From: Torpedo marmorata
Taxonomy: Eukaryota
Assembly: GCA_977017645.1 (NCBI GenBank)
Contig: OZ360252.1
Coordinates: forward strand, 18,104,001-18,168,000
Direction: 5' to 3'
Length of the DNA stretch: 64,000 nt
The position numbers and the translations under genes were made by a program. Below the pieces are notes generated by a model. That model did no database searches. It saw nothing but the letters and a program-made list of their open reading frames with translations, and had not been told where the DNA came from. Below are positions 62,201 to 64,000 of the stretch, piece by piece (the first letter of the stretch is position 1; each line of letters opens with the position of its first letter).

Positions 62201-64000
62201 CGTCTTGTTTGAAATGTCCGGAGAAGAGCTCGCCACAGTGAGATAAGGGAACATCCAAAGGTTGCAAGTGCCTTTTCTATTTAACTGCATCAAGGGCCCC
62301 GTTTCTATGACATTACATGTGTATCTGAACATTGAAGATTTCTGCAATGCTCTTTGTTTCATAAATTACCAGAAACTGAACTTGTACAGACACATCAATA
62401 CAGTGTCGATACTGAAGTCAATAGAGAAGATCATCAAAACGGCCGAGAAGATCACTGGGATCACCCTTTCGCCTCTTCACGACATTTACCGGGATCATTT
62501 AATAGGGCTCGGAAATTCGATAAAAACATTTCCATCCAGCACACAGCATCTTTGACCCACTACCATCAGGGAGGATGTACAGGAGCATCAAAATCAGGAC
62601 TGCCAGGCTGGGAAATCGTTCCTTCCCGCAAGCTGTGAGATTGATAAACAGAATCCTGTAATGGAGTAAAACATCCCAAAATAGTCACACATATTTATTT
62701 TAAATTATATCTGTATGTATATGTGCGATNNNNNNNNNNNNNNNNNNNNNNNNNNNNNNNNNNNNNNNNNNNNNNNNNNNNNNNNNNNNNNNNNNNNNNN
62801 NNNNNNNNNNNNNNNNNNNNNNNNNNNNNNNNNNNNNNNNNNNNNNNNNNNNNNNNNNNNNNNNNNNNNNNNNNNNNNNNNNNNNNNNNNNNNNNNNNNN
62901 CGCGTACCGTGGTTCAGAGAAACGCTGTTTTATCTCTTCACATATATACCGTCAGATGATAATAAACGTGAACATGAGTTGATCTTTAACATAATGGCTC
63001 CCTGACATATTTCCATCAACTCTGCAATGTCCTCATTGATCACATGGGTCACTTCTGATCACACTCAAGATGATTGAAATCCCTAACGACAAAGCAGCTC
63101 ATTTCAACCATTCATTTCCAACGCTCTATCCATTCCTTCCACGGTCCGATACCGACGTTCGCTCCATGGCCGCTAAACCTGACTGCAGTATGGAGCCTGT
63201 ACTAATTATATTGCACCAACTCTGCCGGGTGCTAACAATAAAGTCCTTATTCTAGCAGAAAGAACCGCAAGCGGATTGGATCAAAGGCACCAGCCGATGC
63301 CCCTCAGTCACATCACCCTGACATGCAGATACGTCCTTGTTACTTTATCATCACGGCATAAATCCTGGAAATCTCCCAGTAAAGGCCACCCAACAGTGGA
63401 GATCCAAGAGGATTTTGTTTTTTCATTTTGTTGACACGCGAGACTGCAGATGCTGGAATCTGAAGCAAACCACAAACTGTTGAACGAACCCGAACTGTCA
63501 AGCAGCATCTGGTGGACGGGGGGGGGGTGGGGAGGGTGGAGGGGTTGTCAAATTTCCGAGTCGGACCGTACATCAGATTAGAAGCTGCTCGACGCCCTGA
63601 AATCTTCCACCAGTTGGTATGTGATTTGCTCCGTACGAACACGGAGCAGATTATTTAACGCCACCGGTTATGGACGAGAGATTAAAACGGGTGTGAGTTC
63701 TGTAACACAAATTGTGATCCCAATATGACAGAAATAATACCGTCAGAAACTGGATGTAATTTCACATCAGCCGCGGGCAGTCGGATGGTTTTACACCCAG
63801 GCGTCCCGGAACGATTCAAGCGGTGGGACCGAAGTAAGAAAAGGCGGATCATTACCTGAGCAGATAACGCCGGCATCGTCGTTGTGTGAAGATCCAGATA
63901 AACTCCATGGTTGCGATGAACAGTCCCGTAGAGCGGTCTCTTTCCCGGTGCACATAACGTACCACGTCACTTCCGGTCCAGTCCCCGGTCCAAAGTGAGA
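34604..64000 (-). CDS. CD163/WC1/SCART (DMBT1-like) group B SRCR type I membrane receptor gene, 3' part; 5' end outside window; possibly disabled by a junction stop
   Basis: 13 phase-1 exons with canonical AG/GT sites: 7 SRCR, stalk, TM and 4 cytoplasmic (listed separately). Confidence 0.85.
35266..35397 (-). CDS. SRCR receptor cytoplasmic exon 3
   Basis: CTTCCTCCAAG acceptor, 132 nt, [22 protein letters not shown]...DTNTI, GTGAGT donor; conserved in the paralog at 20757-20888. Confidence 0.75.
35842..35952 (-). CDS. SRCR receptor cytoplasmic exon 2
   Basis: TTCTAG acceptor, 111 nt, [43 protein letters not shown] donor; conserved in the paralog at 20203-20303. Confidence 0.75.
36031..37345 (-). 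mobile_element. Relatively young 5'-truncated CR1 LINE (RT domain), intronic
   Basis: ORFs 37169-37393, 36423-37160 ([18 protein letters not shown]) and 36111-36419 with few disruptions; absent from the inverted paralog. Confidence 0.95.
38275..38490 (-). mobile_element. tRNA-derived SINE (V-SINE/HE1-like)
   Basis: B box GGTTCGAATCCC, V-domain-like core and a CR1-like 3' end (GGGCCGAA...CCTGTTACCGTGCTGTATGTCTAAA). Confidence 0.8.
38859..38966 (-). CDS. SRCR receptor cytoplasmic exon 1 (YEEI motif)
   Basis: CCACAG acceptor, 108 nt, [38 protein letters not shown] donor. Confidence 0.85.
39094..39204 (-). CDS. SRCR receptor transmembrane exon
   Basis: 111 nt, [37 protein letters not shown] (TM plus basic stop-transfer), GTGAGT donor. 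Confidence 0.88.
40697..40732 (-). CDS. SRCR receptor stalk micro-exon
   Basis: CCACAG | 36 nt [12 protein letters not shown] | GTATTT; phase-preserving and lies between the last SRCR exon and the TM exon. Confidence 0.65.
40851..41162 (-). CDS. SRCR domain exon (membrane-proximal)
   Basis: [19 protein letters not shown]...[23 protein letters not shown]...[12 protein letters not shown]...[12 protein letters not shown]; 312 nt with AG/GT. Confidence 0.95.
41406..41723 (-). CDS. SRCR domain exon
   Basis: [29 protein letters not shown]...[12 protein letters not shown]; 318 nt with AG/GT. Confidence 0.95.
42945..44080 (-). mobile_element. Solo LTR with 4-bp target-site duplication
   Basis: TG...CA termini, CCTT on both sides (42941-42944 and 44081-44084), minus-strand AATAAA near 43030; interrupts a Penelope pLTR remnant. 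Confidence 0.8.
44287..44988 (+). mobile_element. GC-rich non-autonomous retroposon, copy E (5'-truncated, with TSD)
   Basis: Family sequence from about 44305; AATAAA plus (TTGAATC)-type tail; ATAGTGG repeated at 44280-44286 and 44989-44995. Confidence 0.85.
45225..45539 (-). CDS. SRCR domain exon
   Basis: [34 protein letters not shown]...[12 protein letters not shown]; 315 nt; last exon base is T (T|GTGAGG). Confidence 0.95.
45670..50485 (+). mobile_element. Three nested CR1 LINEs
   Basis: Outer copy 45670-46034 plus 50231-50485; middle copy 46035-47955 plus 48640-50230 with ORF1 esterase (VVIGDS, HVGTND, DGLH), endonuclease and RT; inner 3' fragment about 47956-48639. Confidence 0.88.
50540..51070 (-). 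mobile_element. Penelope-like element fragment
   Basis: Degenerate GIY-YIG end (KLPVPCHFN; KLEE-type segment) resembling 15.7 kb. Confidence 0.7.
51075..52287 (+). mobile_element. Rex1/Babar-like LINE, 5'-truncated RT and 3' end
   Basis: [53 protein letters not shown]; tail ATGACAATTAATTCTGATTCTGATTCT. Confidence 0.88.
53477..53791 (-). CDS. SRCR domain exon (6-Cys variant)
   Basis: [32 protein letters not shown]...VCRELRCG...[11 protein letters not shown]...GVGVLCS; 315 nt. Confidence 0.93.
54534..54848 (-). CDS. SRCR domain exon
   Basis: [31 protein letters not shown]...[12 protein letters not shown]; 315 nt with AG/GT. Confidence 0.95.
55513..55818 (-). CDS. SRCR domain exon
   Basis: [31 protein letters not shown]...[12 protein letters not shown]; 306 nt with AG/GT. 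Confidence 0.95.
57235..57626 (-). mobile_element. Penelope pLTR remnant ending in a (GA)n microsatellite
   Basis: AATGCTGGAGGAACTCAGC...CCAACGTTTCGGGCCTGAGCC signature followed by GA/GAGT repeats at about 57540-57626. Confidence 0.7.
59029..60025 (-). mobile_element. Probable solo LTR
   Basis: TGTTAC...ATGACA termini, near-TSD CATT/TATT, minus-strand AATAAA near 59095 and an internal (TG)n; layout resembles 42945-44080. Confidence 0.55.
59176..62729. repeat. Near-identical tandem duplication, unit about 1.79 kb, two copies
   Basis: 59176-60958 is repeated at about 60959-62729 with only scattered differences; the junction lies in (TG)n and the second copy runs into the gap. Confidence 0.95.
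62730..62900. other. Assembly gap (171 N)
   Basis: Run of N. Confidence 1.
63856..64000 (-). CDS. SRCR domain exon, partial (cut by window edge)
   Basis: [48 protein letters not shown] then G|GTAATG donor. Confidence 0.9.

Noticed and set aside
63963-63976. CACGTCACTTCCGG, an ETS-CRE-like promoter motif in a CpG-rich stretch
   Set aside because: It lies inside the minus-strand SRCR exon (codons GPEVTW), so coding sequence explains it.
1-64000. CRISPR arrays, rRNA or tRNA genes, prokaryotic systems
   Set aside because: None seen; the sequence is intron-containing vertebrate DNA and the B-box motifs belong to SINEs.

Overview
Vertebrate genomic DNA, most likely a cartilaginous fish (inferred from the mix of CR1, Penelope, Rex1 and V-SINE repeats and the GPR139-like receptor). 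All exons and alignments were read by eye. Genes: (1) the 3' part of a minus-strand CD163/WC1/SCART-like group B SRCR receptor, traced as 7 SRCR exons, a 36-nt stalk exon, a TM exon and 4 cytoplasmic exons with YEEI and other Tyr motifs (34604 to beyond 64000), which appears to carry a stop codon formed only at an exon junction; (2) a two-exon GPR139/142-like class A GPCR on the plus strand (27079-28725); (3) an inverted, pseudogenised copy of the SRCR TM and tail exons (18.9-20.9 kb); (4) a signal-peptide exon of a minus-strand gene leaving the window on the left (2420-2465). Much of the rest is transposon-derived: two long-TIR Tc1 elements, nested CR1 LINEs, Penelope-like elements with minimal hammerhead motifs, Rex1/Babar fragments, two solo LTRs, tRNA-SINEs and five copies of an unclassified GC-rich non-autonomous retroposon. 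There is also a strong CTCF motif, an old 1.3 kb duplication, a 1.79 kb tandem duplication and an assembly gap.
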